DNA of 64,000 nt. Origin: Fistulifera solaris (Eukaryota). Shown in pieces: positions 25,158 through 37,958 of the stretch (its first letter is position 1; each line of letters opens with the position of its first letter). The notes under the pieces are model-generated. The model saw nothing but the letters and a program-made list of their open reading frames with translations, did not search any database and had not been told where the DNA came from. A program made the position numbers and the translations under genes. The stretch is from contig AP026146.1 of the NCBI GenBank assembly GCA_030295235.1, positions 620,001 through 684,000 on the forward strand, written 5' to 3'.

Positions 25158-25305
25158 GGTCACGTAGGCTGGGTTTTTTCTTTATTGGAAGGTCGCGCTC
25201 GCTGCATCAGGGTCACGTGAGGCTGGTTTTTCTTTATTGACAATTGAGAGCGGTCGCGCTCGCTGACTTTTCTTTATCAAGAGCGGTCGCGCTCGCTGAC
25301 TATTG
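25158..25305 (+). repeat. Subterminal direct repeats of the MULE
   Basis: GGTCGCGCTCGCTG x3 (~25191, 25252, 25285) and GGTCACGT-(G)AGGCTGG-T-run-CTTTATTG x2 (~25158, 25212). Confidence 0.8.
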
Positions 25306-25405
25306 TTTATTGAGGATTTGGTTATCTTAGAGGGGTGATTCATGAATCATCCGGGACTGTCATTCATAAGGCTTTGTTACTTTATCGAGCAACCTAAGTA
25401 GATTC

Positions 25406-25536
25406 TAAGTAATTAGTACCACATCCAATGGCGCGTACTCTACTGTAAAGTTGAATGTAGTCAGTTAACGTCTCTCCTAACGGGAGAGCTATCGGAAGAG
25501 GTTCACCCTGGTTGGAGACCTAACGGAAGTCTCCCC
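25406..25536 (-). repeat. Right terminal inverted repeat (131 bp)
   Basis: Base-by-base reverse complement of 19673-19803. Confidence 0.97.
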
Positions 25537-25826
25537 CAAGAAAAAGCGGGTCGTGAGAATGACCCTTCAAGTGTGACTGATTCCCATATCTCAAAACTGC
25601 TCAGAAGACCCAGATTTAACTAATTATCATCGAAGATCGACTTTCGTCATGACGAACTACGGCAAAAGAAAAGCGGTTGATAACGTCAATCACAATTCCA
25701 TCCCACTACCAGGTAGTCAACATGAGGAGACGGATCAACAGCTAAGGCGTACGTTTGCGATGAAAACTGTAACTAGGCGATAGCAGCCAAATCAAAGACC
25801 CTAGAAAGACGCTAAACGCTAGACGA

Positions 25827-28800
25827 CTAATAGTTTTCACGACTGGTATCGACTGCTCGCAACGACCGCTCGTAAAAGTCGAGATGTGAGTACATCTCTT
25901 CACCAGCTGCTTTGAGCAAACTCTTGGCGTTCAGCGGCGATGGGCTTACGTGTGCGGGACTTTTTGCTGGTGCACGTGCTGGTGATCCGTTAGTGTTCAT
26001 GGACATGTGCTTTTTCTTGGCGGCAATGCGTTCTCTGAAACGCTGCTTGACGCCATCTAGTTTCTCCTTATTAATACCACCACCAGCTAGACTGCCCGTA
26101 TTCGCAGGGTGCGCTGGGTTGGCTTTTGCTCCGTAAGATTTCTCATCAGTGCCACAGAGCGCCCTTTCCCCGATAGGAAATGTGCGGACGAGGGATCGGA
26201 TTGAAGCTCCATTAGCTTTTGTCGTAAATCATCGAGCTCTCGTTGCCTCTCCTTCTCTGCCATTCTAGCTTCTTCTTTCACTGCTAGTGCTTCACGAGCT
26301 GCTAACTCCGCCCTGATTTCGGCTCTCCTTGCACGGCGGGCCCATTTCTGTTTCTCAATCATATTTTGCTCTTCCCAATATTGCGAATCGTTATCGGAGT
26401 AGTGAGAACTCTCGTAGGATACTATGGACGAGGTACCAGCGCAAGATTCGGATTCAATTTTCACCAATAAAGCTTGGTACCGATTTACAAGCTGCTGTAT
26501 GCGGTCGCGGACAAGGGAAAACGCCTGTTCGGCCTGAACGAGCTTCTTTGAAATAGTTTTAACTTCTTCCATAGCAGTCAAGTATTCCATTTCGGCATCC
26601 GTCATTGTATCAAATCCCATGTTGTCACCTTCCGTATGCAAAAGGTATTCCGCGGCAATCTGCTTTTTAGTTGCGTTGTTCAGTTTGTTCCGTAGTTTCT
26701 ATTGTAAAGTCAAGGCAAGGAAAGGCAAAGATTAGCTGCAAAGCGACCAGGAGACGAGAAAAATTCTAGCATTGCAGTGGTTCGACATACCTCGCATTGC
26801 TCATTCGTAAGTTTTAACAAAATACTCTGGCAATCACCAATGGTAAACATTTCAAATCCTCTCATGTGACGACCACCAAGTGACGGACACCGGTATTGCA
26901 TAAAGTCTGTATCATCTACCCAGTTCACGGGTTCCCATGTGTATCTCCGACTCGACATGGAACACACGTTGGCAATGGGACGGCGAATGAAGTAGGTACT
27001 TTCGGCGCGGCGGGTCAAAACAGCCGCGTTGCGAATATCTCTCGGGACAACACCGTCTCGCCACGCCTTGCTTACAATACATGCATCTCTGACACGCAAG
27101 CCTTCTCGATGATACGGCGTGGTCACAATATCATCTACTACAGTCGTGCCACCACGGCGCTCAAGTCCTCTTTCAATGTCTTTTTCCATGATACGGCTAC
27201 GCATTTCAAAGAGAGCGAAGGCTTTGTTTTCATCATTAACCTTTTCCAATTCAGCAAGCGACGCAGTTTGTTCGGCTTGTTGTGATAGACGTCGATACCG
27301 CCGAACGAGCTTTTTCATGGAATTCGGAGGAATGTAGTACTCCGATAAATCACCTATATAGTCTACTTCGCCAGCATACGGATTTGTAAACAAAGACGAC
27401 TCTTCGTCGCTAGAAAAGCGAGAAATCTCGGCTGCTGACCGCGCCGGGGTAATAGTTCGAGGCGTCCCATTAAAGTTCCCTTGAATACCGTGCAACGAAC
27501 TATCGGTTGCCTTGCGTCCCTTGGCCACCATTTCGTGAAAACTCGGTACATGAGCAAAGCCATTGTGATCTATATCACTGTTGGTGAGCTGGTCATCGTA
27601 GTCACTGGCTGTTTTTCGATTCAGGAACCCGTCGGCGGATGTTTGAATCGCCGTCAATCCTCCGCCCAAAGAGATAATGCTAAAATCGTTGGTTTCTTCC
27701 ACATCTTCGGCAATGCTGATAGGATATTGTTTTCGAAAAAGGGGGACTCGGTACGAATGTCAAATTCCTCTGCGACGCCGTCAAATACATCCGTCTCTAA
27801 ATCCGATCCAGTAGCCACTGTTCTACGCCAAGCGTTTGAAACAGCCGAAGTTGCTTTTGATGAAGTATCCGATTCCATATTATCGGCCAAGCAGGGCACT
27901 TCGTGTGTCTTGTCAATGAGTCCCAAGTATCCCGGAAATGTTCTTACTGGTGGCTCCATACGATTGTTGGCTTCTAAAAGTTCTTTCGTGGGGGCGATCA
28001 ATTGTTTGGAGGGAAAGAGTGATTGTGATTGACTTGTTTGGCGATTTGCCAAAGGATCCTTCCAGTCAGGACGGCTCATACTCGTGCCATCTTCGATCGG
28101 AAATGGGGAAAAGAAGGTTGGTTGGGAATGTGGATCGAACGACGAAATCGCCAGCAATTCATTTTCATTCATATAAGCCGATGACGTCGTGGACGAAACC
28201 GGAGACGCTGGTGGTTTATTCCGCGGTGCCAATTGTGACGGTGCTATTTTCCGGGTGTTACTCATCGTCGTGTAAGAACGCACCGGTTGGGGCGAGGAAT
28301 TCCTTGTGCTCACAACAACATCTGACACTTCACTGGGATTGCTGCTGTCATCGTACGATTTGACACGTCCCCGCGAATCTTGTGTCCCCGGCCATCCGAC
28401 ATGGCCACTGCTACTACTCGTGGTAGGAGACGTCGTGCGCTTTTCTTCGACCACCGTTCGATGATGATTCCCAAACAACAGGGCCAAGCGAGCGATCCGG
28501 CCGGGCGGTGCAGTTTCCGAGGGCGCATTCGAATTTCTCGGCGTCGGTCTCCGTTGTTTGGTTTGTTGCGCTCGCGCCGTCAAGGATGATACCAGATTGT
28601 TTTCTGTTTTCTTCTCCTCGATGGTGGGACTGTCCAGTAAAGCATCCCACGAGGCCTCTTTGTTGTTGTTGTGTAAAGCAGATTTGTTGGATTTGGAATA
28701 CGCCGGAAGGAATTGTAATGCACCGTTGGAAGAAGGATTCAATTCTTGTGTACTTGTGTGAGTAGTAAATCGATGGGATTGCGTCGTTCGTTGCGATACT

Positions 28801-28907
28801 TCGACTTTGGTGCTTGGATAAATAATGGCTCCAACCTTCGAATCAGTCGAGACGACCGATCGATTGCGATGGTTGTTGGGATATAATATACGACTTTGAC
28901 TCATCAT
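25827..28907 (-). CDS. Large hypothetical protein (low-complexity N-terminus, C-terminal coiled coil)
   Basis: Chained ORFs 27654-28907, 26710-27702, 26087-26641. Intron ~26702-26790; indels near 27720 and 26090-26130. Confidence 0.55.
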
Positions 28908-29577
28908 TCAGTCTATAATTATTGTGTTTGTCGAGGAAGAGACGAGAAGAGAAGTGAATAGGGTTTCAACCAGAGCACCAAACTCTCGAGTGAGTAATCT
29001 TGTTTGTATGAATGCGAATGTCAGAATTAGTGCCGTCCTTTGTTACCCTCTCGCTTCTTGTAATTTATCAGTTATATTTGCCGCTAATTCCCTCGCAAAA
29101 AAATTGGGCTGGCTCTCGAATTATCAGCAAAAGACAACGAAAGGCAACGGTGGTTTCATTTCGTTAACAACGTAAAACGAGAGGACGAACAAAGAGGCGG
29201 AGAAATTTTCACGCAAATCCGAGTCTTGAAGGACGGCGAGGTGCGCGAAGCACTTTTACTATAAGGAAATGTACTCTGCTCACCAAAATTTTTGCACGCC
29301 AGCCGTTTCTTCGGAAGAATACTTAAAGAGTGGTCTTGTATTGGACGAGAAAAAAAGACTGCCATGCGTGCTTCAGTCATACTGACGTAAAACGTCTTTG
29401 AGTGGCGGACGAGAAAACAAATAATGGTTTCAAAAGCGTACTTCGTATTTTTAGCTCCATCCGACGATGGTTTATTGTTTCTTGTTGATAAACAATAATG
29501 AATTGACAATTTCATAGCATTAGGGCATCTAATCTATACTTCACAATTTCTCTTTTCTCTTCATGAACATGCACGTG

Positions 29578-29606
29578 ACATCATCATCATCATCATCATC
29601 ATCATG
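29578..29606. repeat. (CAT)n microsatellite immediately before a start codon
   Basis: About 9 CAT units. Confidence 0.9.
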
Positions 29607-30626
29607 ATTCCTAGTGCTCGCTCTTGTACTTGTAACGTCTTGCTACTGATTCTTCTCGTGTTGCAGTGGGTCGCTTTCACTTGGTTTCTACAAAATTCGC
29701 ATTCGATCACACCATCGTCAGACGCGTTTTTTGAACAACCTTTCGCTATCTCCAGTCATCGCGATGATGATTCAATCAATCAAGACGACGAAACTATAGA
29801 AGGAGTTTTTGCGACAATTCTCTTTCGAGCACCCCGATGGATGCATTTGCGTTATACGACCATGATCCACAATGCTTTGACCAATTTACCGAATGCTCGT
29901 TGGCGGGTGCAACTCTTTGTGAATCGACCGTGGGTGCAGGCCGAGTTGTTGCCGTGGCATCCGGGATTGCTGCGCTTGTTTCAGGATCCTCGCATCATTG
30001 TCACAAATATGCCCGCAACGTTGACCCAGGGCAAACCAAAACAAGTACTGGCGTCGCGATGGTTCTGGGAAACCCTCGTGGCCGATGCGGTGGTATTATT
30101 TTCGGGGAATGGAGCCTTTTGTACGAATCATTATAATACAGATTGGGACCATTTCGTGCAGCAAGTGGATTTTTGTGGAACACCCGGACGGGGCCGTGGA
30201 GGTGATGTCAGTACACACTCGTTCCGCCGTCGGTCCACCATGTTGGAGGCCACGATCTATGCCGAACAACATCAAATGACACCCGCTGGGACAGAACCGG
30301 CGTTCATTTTAGAAGTACTCGAAAAAATGCAAAAAGAAGGAAAACAAATACGAATGGGAACAACCGAAGATATGATGTTACTGGGCGGAGTAACGAATTT
30401 AACCAACAGTAATGGTACATTGCAACGAGTGCCACTGTTAGTATCGGGAACCCAAGCCAAAGTGGCTTGGACGGAACGAGACTCGTTGCTTAAACATTGT
30501 CCCGAATTGAAAATGATCTTTCCTAGTATGCATGAACCAGCCTGTTTTGGAGCTCATCCGAATCCTAATGTGTGTCAAGCATCGATTTGTGCATTGCAAG
30601 ATGTCATTCCCCGGCAAGGTTGTTGA
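29604..30626 (+). CDS. Type II membrane protein, glycosyltransferase-like/DUF5672-like
   Basis: N-terminal TM anchor; 'SRWFWETLVADAVVLF...DFCGTP...SFRRRSTML' resembles DUF5672. Confidence 0.5.
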   Translation: MIPSARSCTCNVLLLILLVLQWVAFTWFLQNSHSITPSSDAFFEQPFAISSHRDDDSINQDDETIEGVFATILFRAPRWMHLRYTTMIHNALTNLPNARWRVQLFVNRPWVQAELLPWHPGLLRLFQDPRIIVTNMPATLTQGKPKQVLASRWFWETLVADAVVLFSGNGAFCTNHYNTDWDHFVQQVDFCGTPGRGRGGDVSTHSFRRRSTMLEATIYAEQHQMTPAGTEPAFILEVLEKMQKEGKQIRMGTTEDMMLLGGVTNLTNSNGTLQRVPLLVSGTQAKVAWTERDSLLKHCPELKMIFPSMHEPACFGAHPNPNVCQASICALQDVIPRQGC

Positions 30627-30999
30627 TGCAGGAGAGTGTTGGCTTTTTGCTTGCTGGCTTGACACTCGGATCTTCTGTATCCTTACTTAGGAGTCGATTT
30701 ACTCATCATACGGAGTACCTTTAGGACTTGAAGAACTCCGTTGCGCAACAATGTGGATGATACTGATGAGCGAGAGTACTGGTTTGAGTATTTCGTTTTC
30801 CGGATGATGACGTCGAATGATGTCAGAACTATACCAGTACCAGTACGCCGCAACAACGAGATGTCACGACGACAATACAACCAGAAAACAAAATTGTTCC
30901 TGGAAAGAGTTCTCATCATCGTCAATGATTTCATTCTTCTTGATTTAAACAATGATGACATTGTTGTCACAAGCATCCCACTACTTGTACTCCCTTCAA

Positions 31000-32817
31000 A
31001 TGAACAGATCCTACGCCTTCATGATTCGCTCTCGATCGAAAGCGTCGTCGTTGTCGTCGTTCTTCTTTTCGACTTTGGTGAAAGGACGCGGCTCGCTTTT
31101 TTCCGCACGTGACGACTTCTCATCATCATCGTCGCTATTATTTGTCGTCTTTGATTCCTCCACATCATCTAGCACCACCGTTACTGGATGACACAGATAT
31201 TACACAAACGCAGTCCTTCAAAGATTCGGTGCAACACGTGCAAGCACAAGTCGAACTATTCAATCAACGCTACCAGCTTGTTCGTCAAGGTGGAGGTGCT
31301 GCGGCCGTGCAGCGTCATCAGGAACGGAACAAGCGATTACCACGGGAGCGCATAGATCTCTTGGTCGATCCGGGTACACCCGTACTCGAATTGTCGCCGT
31401 TGGCGGGTACCGATTGGTCCGAAGGGACGGCTACCACGAAACACCACATTCCGTCGGGAGGGATTGTCACGGCCATCGGGATCGTCTCGGGGACGCCTTG
31501 CATGATTGTGGCAAACGATGCCACGGTCAAAGGAGGGACCTATTTCCCAATCACCGTCAAGAAACACTTGCGCGCGCAAGAAATCGCTATGCAGAACAAA
31601 TTGCCCTGCATTTATTTAGTCGACTCCGGTGGTGCCTTTTTGCCGCAACAGGATCAAGTCTTCCCCGATCGTGATCATTTTGGTCGTATATTCTACCATC
31701 AGAGTATCATGAGTGCACAGAACATTCCCCAAATTGCTGCGGTCTGTGGGAGTTGCACTGCGGGAGGTGCGTACGTTCCGAGTCTGTGTGATGAAACCAT
31801 CATGGTACGGGGCAATGGAACCGTCTTTCTCGGTGGACCACCGTTGGTGCGGGCAGCGACGGGAGAAGTCGTTACAGCACAAGATTTGGGAGGAGCGGAC
31901 GTTCATGCGACTCGATCGGGTGTTACGGATCATATTGTGAATACCGAAGAAGAGGCCATGGCGAAATTACGACAAATTGTTTCGTTCTTGGGACCGCAGC
32001 AACGAATGCTGCAGCCGACTTTGTCATCGTCGTTCGAAGAACCACTCTACAATGTCCAAGAACTGGAAGGCTTGGTGCCGACCGACTCGACGAAGCAACC
32101 CATGGACGCTCGTAAGATTCTCGCACGAATTTTGGATGGTAGTCGCTTTCATGAATTCAAAAAGAGTATGGAACCACACTCGTGACTGGCTTTGGTAAAA
32201 TAATGGGACAAGATCTGGGCATCATTGCCAACAACGGTATTTTGTTCTCGGAAAGCTCCTTGAAAGGAGCACATTTTGTACAACTCTGTTGTCAACGAGG
32301 TATTCCGATTTTGTTCTTGCAAAATATTACCGGTTTCATGGTGGGACAGAAATACGAACATGAAGGCATTGCCAAACACGGCGCCAAATTGGTGTCGGCA
32401 GTTTCCAATGCCACTGTCCCCAAAATCACGCTAATTGTCGCAGGTAGCTTCGGTGCCGGAAATTATGGCATGTGCGGACGCGCGTTTAGTCCTCGTTTCT
32501 TGTTCATGTGGCCCACCGCTCGAATTGGTGTCATGGGTGGTGCGCAAGCCGCGAAAGTGTTGTCTACGGTCCAACGCGACAACAAGGAACGCAATGGTGA
32601 AACATGGACGGAAGAGGAAGAAAAAGCATTCGAACAGCCCATTTTGGATCAGTTCGAAAAGCAGAGTTCCGCTTATTATTCCACACGGCATTTGTGGGAC
32701 GACGGAATCATTGCACCGGCGGAAACGCGTATTGTTTTGGGAAATGCTTTGGCCATTGCCCGACGAGTTGGATGCGATCCACCCAATGCTACACAGTTTG
32801 GTGTTTTCCGCATGTAG
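31000..32817 (+). CDS. MCCB: 3-methylcrotonyl-CoA carboxylase beta subunit (mitochondrial)
   Basis: '[11 protein letters not shown]', 'VDSGGAFLP', '[11 protein letters not shown]', '[12 protein letters not shown]', C-terminal 'FGVFRM'. Indels at ~31100 and in the A-run at ~32160. Confidence 0.95.
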
Positions 32818-32944
32818 AAAGAGAAAACGAAATATAAAAGATTGTGAATGAAATTTAAAGATAAGGCATAAGTAAAGGGATAGAAAGGAAAATAGAAAAC
32901 AAAGAGAGTCTTTCCATATACGGTCGCCGAGATGAGAAAAATTC

Positions 32945-33656
32945 TTAGAGACCCATTTTTGACATGAGCATGTCGCGTTCCTCTTGCTTTTCATTCATAT
33001 CGATTCCATAGTATTTACCCTTCAGGGCTAGTATGGTACTGATCACAGCTAAGTTGCCGATCAACGCCACACGAAAAAGATACGACGGCACCTTCTTCTC
33101 CTTAATGTCAGCTTTCATTAAAATTCCTGGAGCAATGTACACGCCATACAAGAGATGATAGAAGCCTGCCGCACCAAACACATACATCACGATAGAAAAG
33201 AGATTGCACGGAATGCGCTGCTGCAGTTCAGTAATGAATGTAATCGTACATGGCAGGATCCGGTAACCACAACAAAGCAGCGATCCGTGTCGAGAAAACG
33301 TGACCGAAGATGGCGGTAGCCAAAAAGTGACCAGCGTATCGATGCCATTGCAGTTCTGTAGGTCCGGGTGTATACGTCTGAATAGCATCATCGTCTTTCT
33401 TGGAGCGCGTCCACTCAACCTTCTTTCGATGCAAATAGAGAACACCCGCACTGGTCAAATGTACGAGCAATACCAACAGGAGTTGCGTTTCAAAGACGGG
33501 ATGCTGATAGATTCCTCGCATATGACTCATCATGTTCCGACCGTATTCCCAACCCATATTGAGACAAAGGTGACTACATAAATGTATCGTCAGGAAGAAA
33601 GCAAAGGCCAGGCCCGACGCGGCCTGGAGTTGTCTCCACAAGTCAATGGATGGCAT
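32945..33656 (-). CDS. Multi-pass membrane protein, MCP1/DUF1691-like with conserved His residues
   Basis: 'LQAASGLAFAFFLTIHL', 'LLVHLTS', 'WHRYAGHFL...GHV', 'YHLLYG'. Frameshift near 33240. Confidence 0.55.
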
Positions 33657-34066
33657 TGTATGCGCAAGGAATGAGATTGTAATGAGACAAGAGGGGATCA
33701 AAAGAGAGGTGGCTTATGATTCCTTCAGTCGATTTGATTTCTTGTTGATGCGAACAGTTGTAAAAGCATGAGAACCTTTCTTGTTCCAAATCATGAAGAA
33801 GATCGATGAAAGAATGAGAGAGTTTATTTAGAAAAAATGAGTTTGTTTGTTGGCGTTTTCGGAGAAGCGTTTTCGGCTGCACTCAGTATATTCCGACTCA
33901 AATGCAAGTCAGTCCCGGAAAGGGACAAGCGCCAAACGCCAAACGGCAGCATTTGCAGCATTGGTTAGGGCAAACCATTTTCTTTTTTCCTTTGCAATTG
34001 AACGTCTTCAATAATCTATCTATAACTTGCTTCATTTCCAATTTAATACGTAAAACAAACAACAGC

Positions 34067-35635
34067 ATGACTTACTCGAGTGCAGAGGCCACAGGAGATC
34101 TCGAAAAGTTGCAAAAAGCTTATCAGCAAGTCACTGCCGCGTTCGGGTCGGTCGATTCAATTATAGAAGCCTTTGGCTTAGCCAACATGCCTTCGGCTCA
34201 GCGTTACGGGATTCTGTTTGGCTTCCTTGTCTTCATAACGACTGTCTCGGCTGTCTTGGCTCTATTAGTATTGGGTGGTTCCTTCAAGCGCATCGCCGAA
34301 CAAGCCGTGACGGGGAAGCCGACTCTATTGACATCAACAGAAGTACGCAAGGAACGGCCATTGCTGTTGGAAACCCTGTTGGAAGGCCGAGAACGCTTGC
34401 AAAGAATTACGCACCACCGACATTGACCGATCAGCCGACGAATTTGACGCAAATGCTACTCAATGTGGCACCCGATCCGGTCGAGGATGTTGACGGTGAT
34501 GAGGATTCAGCGCAAAAACAAGGAGAAGAGAAAAAAGTCACATAAAGAACGATACGTTCCGCCATATTACGAAGAGAATTATAGCAGTGCTTATCGGAAA
34601 TGTCAGGATCAGCCTGGAGGTACGTGTCTTGTGACAACAAGGATCGATTTCGTTGACCTTTTTCAACTCAAAGAATCCTTGGTGCTCTCATCATTTCTTG
34701 TATTTCATGAATCAATTTTACCGGCTTCTGTTTTCTTGAAAGGAAAAGTGCTTTCAGGGCGTCCTGAAGCTCGCTTCGAGGCATATGCTCGAGGATTTGC
34801 TGGTTGCGGACCGTACACGAGTCTAGACTATCGGCGGTCATATGCGCGACTGTACGAGTCGATTTGTTGTGCGACACATCAGTCGGATGACAAGTACACG
34901 GAATTGTTTGACCAGCGTCCCGCCGACATTATTGGTCGTTTCGTTCGGTTGGAAGCCATGTCTGTTAATCGTCACTTGAATGAGTTGTTTCATTTGACAG
35001 ATGGTTCGCCTCGTCTCGACAAGAAAGCGTATGATCCACTGGAAGTATGGGGATTTCAACCCGAAGGACCATTTCGTTCACCTAACGATATGCACAAGTC
35101 GTTTGTGTTTCAGCGCAAATTCAATGAGGCCGGCTTTGCTATGGTTCACAGTGTCACAGAAAGGATTACCGGCGTCATATTGTTGACAAATGATGCTCCC
35201 GAACACTTGTCCATTCAAATGGAACCACCTATCATGGCACCAAACAGTCAGGGAACACAGCAACAGATGGAAGCGTGCTTTTTACTCCTGGATCGCTTGT
35301 TCGCATACGGTTACCGTCGGATTCAAATGGCTGTTGATTCACAGGACCCCGACGGAAACAAATTGGCCAATCGGTTGGGTTTTACTTTCGAAGGCGTTCT
35401 ACTCCGTCATATGGTTTTGAAAGACGCCAGTCGCGATAGCAGTGTTTACGGTTTGTTGAATAGCGATTGGAAGAAAGGTGCGAGAGCCGTATTGTTCGGA
35501 AAGCTGTACGGTGAAGCTGCGCTCAAAATTGACCAAGGCAATGAACAGCGAGAAGCGGAAAAAGATGAACAATCCAAAAAGTTGGCCGAAATGAACGAAA
35601 AGGGAACAGGGGTCGAAAGTGAAAAGCAAGCGTAA
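34067..35635 (+). CDS. Membrane-anchored GNAT acetyltransferase (RimJ/RimL-like)
   Basis: 'FAYGYRRIQ...KLANRLGFTFEGVLLRHMVLKDASRDS'; N-terminal TM. Intron ~34620-34742; indels at ~34410 and ~34535. Confidence 0.7.
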
Positions 35636-36499
35636 AGAGATTACTGACAATGATCTTTTGACCAGAAAAATATTCAACCAAGGTTAAATTCCTTAGACAC
35701 ACAGTGCTATGAGCTGAACGAGTTTACAGCGCCGCTTTCGTTCTGACATAAAAGACGCATCATGCTGTAATGGGAAAGAAATTCGCTTTCGGTTTCTCTA
35801 GTAAAGTTTAGAAATAGATGATGTACAGGTACCGAGTTGAAACAATTTCGTCCCGAGCGAACAGAAAGATGATACATTGCCCTTTCCAGTGAGCTGTTTC
35901 GCCAGTCCATTTTACGTCCATTATCGTATACTCGGAGTATTGACGTGTCAATATCTATGTCGGAAATATCGTATCTTAACGTGTCAATATCCATGTCGGA
36001 GAAAGCTATGATGGCATTGGTGCATTCTAGACCTAAAAAGTGCAATCGAAAACTAAACAGTACTTGTACCTGGTATCCGGGTAAAAGGTCAACTTTCATT
36101 GAAAAAATTCCCACGGAGCCTACGTGGATTCCACCTAGAAAATCGATGCATCGTATCTTCGCTCTTTTTCACGTTTGGATTTCTAATTGATTGTAAACAT
36201 CGGTTACAAGTGTCAATTATTGATGTTGGTTTATGGTTCTACCACGTTTGGCGTTGCTGTAAAAAAAGTACTCGAAAAATAGTAAATATCCGGGTACCCC
36301 CTCTGTCGATAAATTGCCTTACGGAGGCCGTATTGGTATGTACTGTATGCGAAATGGATGTAGACATTTGCACCACAGTGCATCTGAGATTTGCATCGTC
36401 TTCCATGTTGTTTTGGTGGTAGCGATGTAACAAGCGTGTTTACGACAGAGTATTATTTTACCAGTATCACAAATTCTTTCTTTTTCTTGATTACATTTC

Positions 36500-36817
36500 A
36501 TGACGACTACTTACTCGAATTTACTCGTACGCACGGAGCCCGTCATTACGGATCCTCGCGAGATGCAAACTATTTTATTGTTCAGTCTCCGAGCACTTTG
36601 GGGCACGTTGGAACGGCACAGTTGTCAGCTTTCCGTGTCTCTTGCGGACGGCATGCAGCGAGTGACATGTCGAACGGACTCCGTCGCGGCGGTACGAGCG
36701 GCGCTGACACTGGTGACGCCACCGCCGTATCTGGAATCAACAATTTATCGATTCGATGTGCTGCAAGTGGAGAGTTGTATAAACCAAGACGAAGAAAGGG
36801 CAAATACCGATGACTGA
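36500..36817 (+). CDS. Small hypothetical protein (possibly RNase P/MRP Pop8/Rpp14-like)
   Basis: Intact 105-aa ATG ORF; 'LLFSLRALWG...VRAALTLV' pattern. Confidence 0.35.
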   Translation: MTTTYSNLLVRTEPVITDPREMQTILLFSLRALWGTLERHSCQLSVSLADGMQRVTCRTDSVAAVRAALTLVTPPPYLESTIYRFDVLQVESCINQDEERANTDD

Positions 36818-37958
36818 TTGAGAGAAGAAGACTATCATAAGTTGTGACTAGTCCAACTGCAACACATATACGTCTTTTGATACAGGATACTTCAAGGTTT
36901 GCTCTGTACTTTCTATCGTGGTGGATTGTGTGATGTTTTCAATGCTTGTGGACTCGTGGACGAGAAAACCCATGGCACACAAGATGCTAACCTCCGGTGA
37001 ATCCCATGGAAAATGATGCTGATGATTTTGGGCATAGTTGACTCACGTTAAGTGTCTTGCCGGAGAATCGCTAGATTTTATGAGAGCTCCGTCAATGGTG
37101 CAACTTTTAGCAAAACGAGCAAGCGGGGCTATTTATCATGAACTCGATATTTTCAAGGATGAGATACGAGAGTCTTCATTGGGGCTGCAACTTCCAGCCA
37201 AAGCCGTCATTTCGGTGCAGTCATCACGTAAGTTTGCTCGTCGGTACTTTGTTTTTTCAAACCACTGCATGCATTAACCGTAGCCTAATCTCTAGCCTCT
37301 TGCGGATATTATTTGACGCAACCATTCTTTTAGGGTGCCCACCGCGTGATCCTAGAGCTAGTTCTTTCGTTGTAAATTTTGCGAGTTCATCAGTCCTGGG
37401 ACTGTACACTCTGATTGACCATGGAGTATGGCTGAACAACTTTTTGCGTCATCGTTGTATGTGGTTGTTCTGGTTTCCTTTGCGTTCGCCACGGTTGCGG
37501 TTGCGGGACCCGCTCATAGTGCACTCGCTGTGTCCCACCTAGCGGAAGTCGGCGGCATTTGGTTGCCCTCATCGGGTCGTTTTCAGTACCAGTACACTAA
37601 ACGCTAGTGTGAAGGAGTCATGGATGGAGGTCACGCGATACGGTGTGTCCTTGCAAGACAGAAATAGTGCATTCCGTCTCGGATCGCGCATCACATGCCG
37701 AGACATCTTCAATTGTTACAAGTTGAATGAACCCATAACATAATGCAAGGCAAAGCTAGGTTGACATCTGGCCTCCCCTGGCAAATTATCTTCAGATTCA
37801 GAAAGCTACTGTCGATCGTGCGTGATTTGCGCGATGCGCGTTCTAGTTTGAGGAAACTGTGAGCCGATGTTTGTTTCCAGTTTTCTGCGAACCTGCCAAT
37901 CGTTTCATAAAGCGAACAAGAACAAAAACAAAAGGTTGTATCACACACAAGCGACAAA

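Larger units (their letters stand above)
19673..25536 (+). mobile_element. Full-length Mutator-like (MULE) DNA transposon carrying an Ulp1-like protease
   Basis: Identical 131-bp TIRs (19673-19803, 25406-25536) starting GGGG. 9-bp TSD CAAGAAAAA at 19664-19672 and 25537-25545. Internal MULE transposase, SWIM and C48 protease motifs. Confidence 0.95.

Noticed and set aside
32150..32185. Programmed ribosomal frameshifting in MCCB and other genes
   Set aside because: Shifts go in both directions with no shared slippery or stop motif; homopolymer assembly error is more parsimonious.
36850..37750. Short ORFs suggesting a retroelement remnant
   Set aside because: No RT, integrase or gag motifs and no terminal repeats found.
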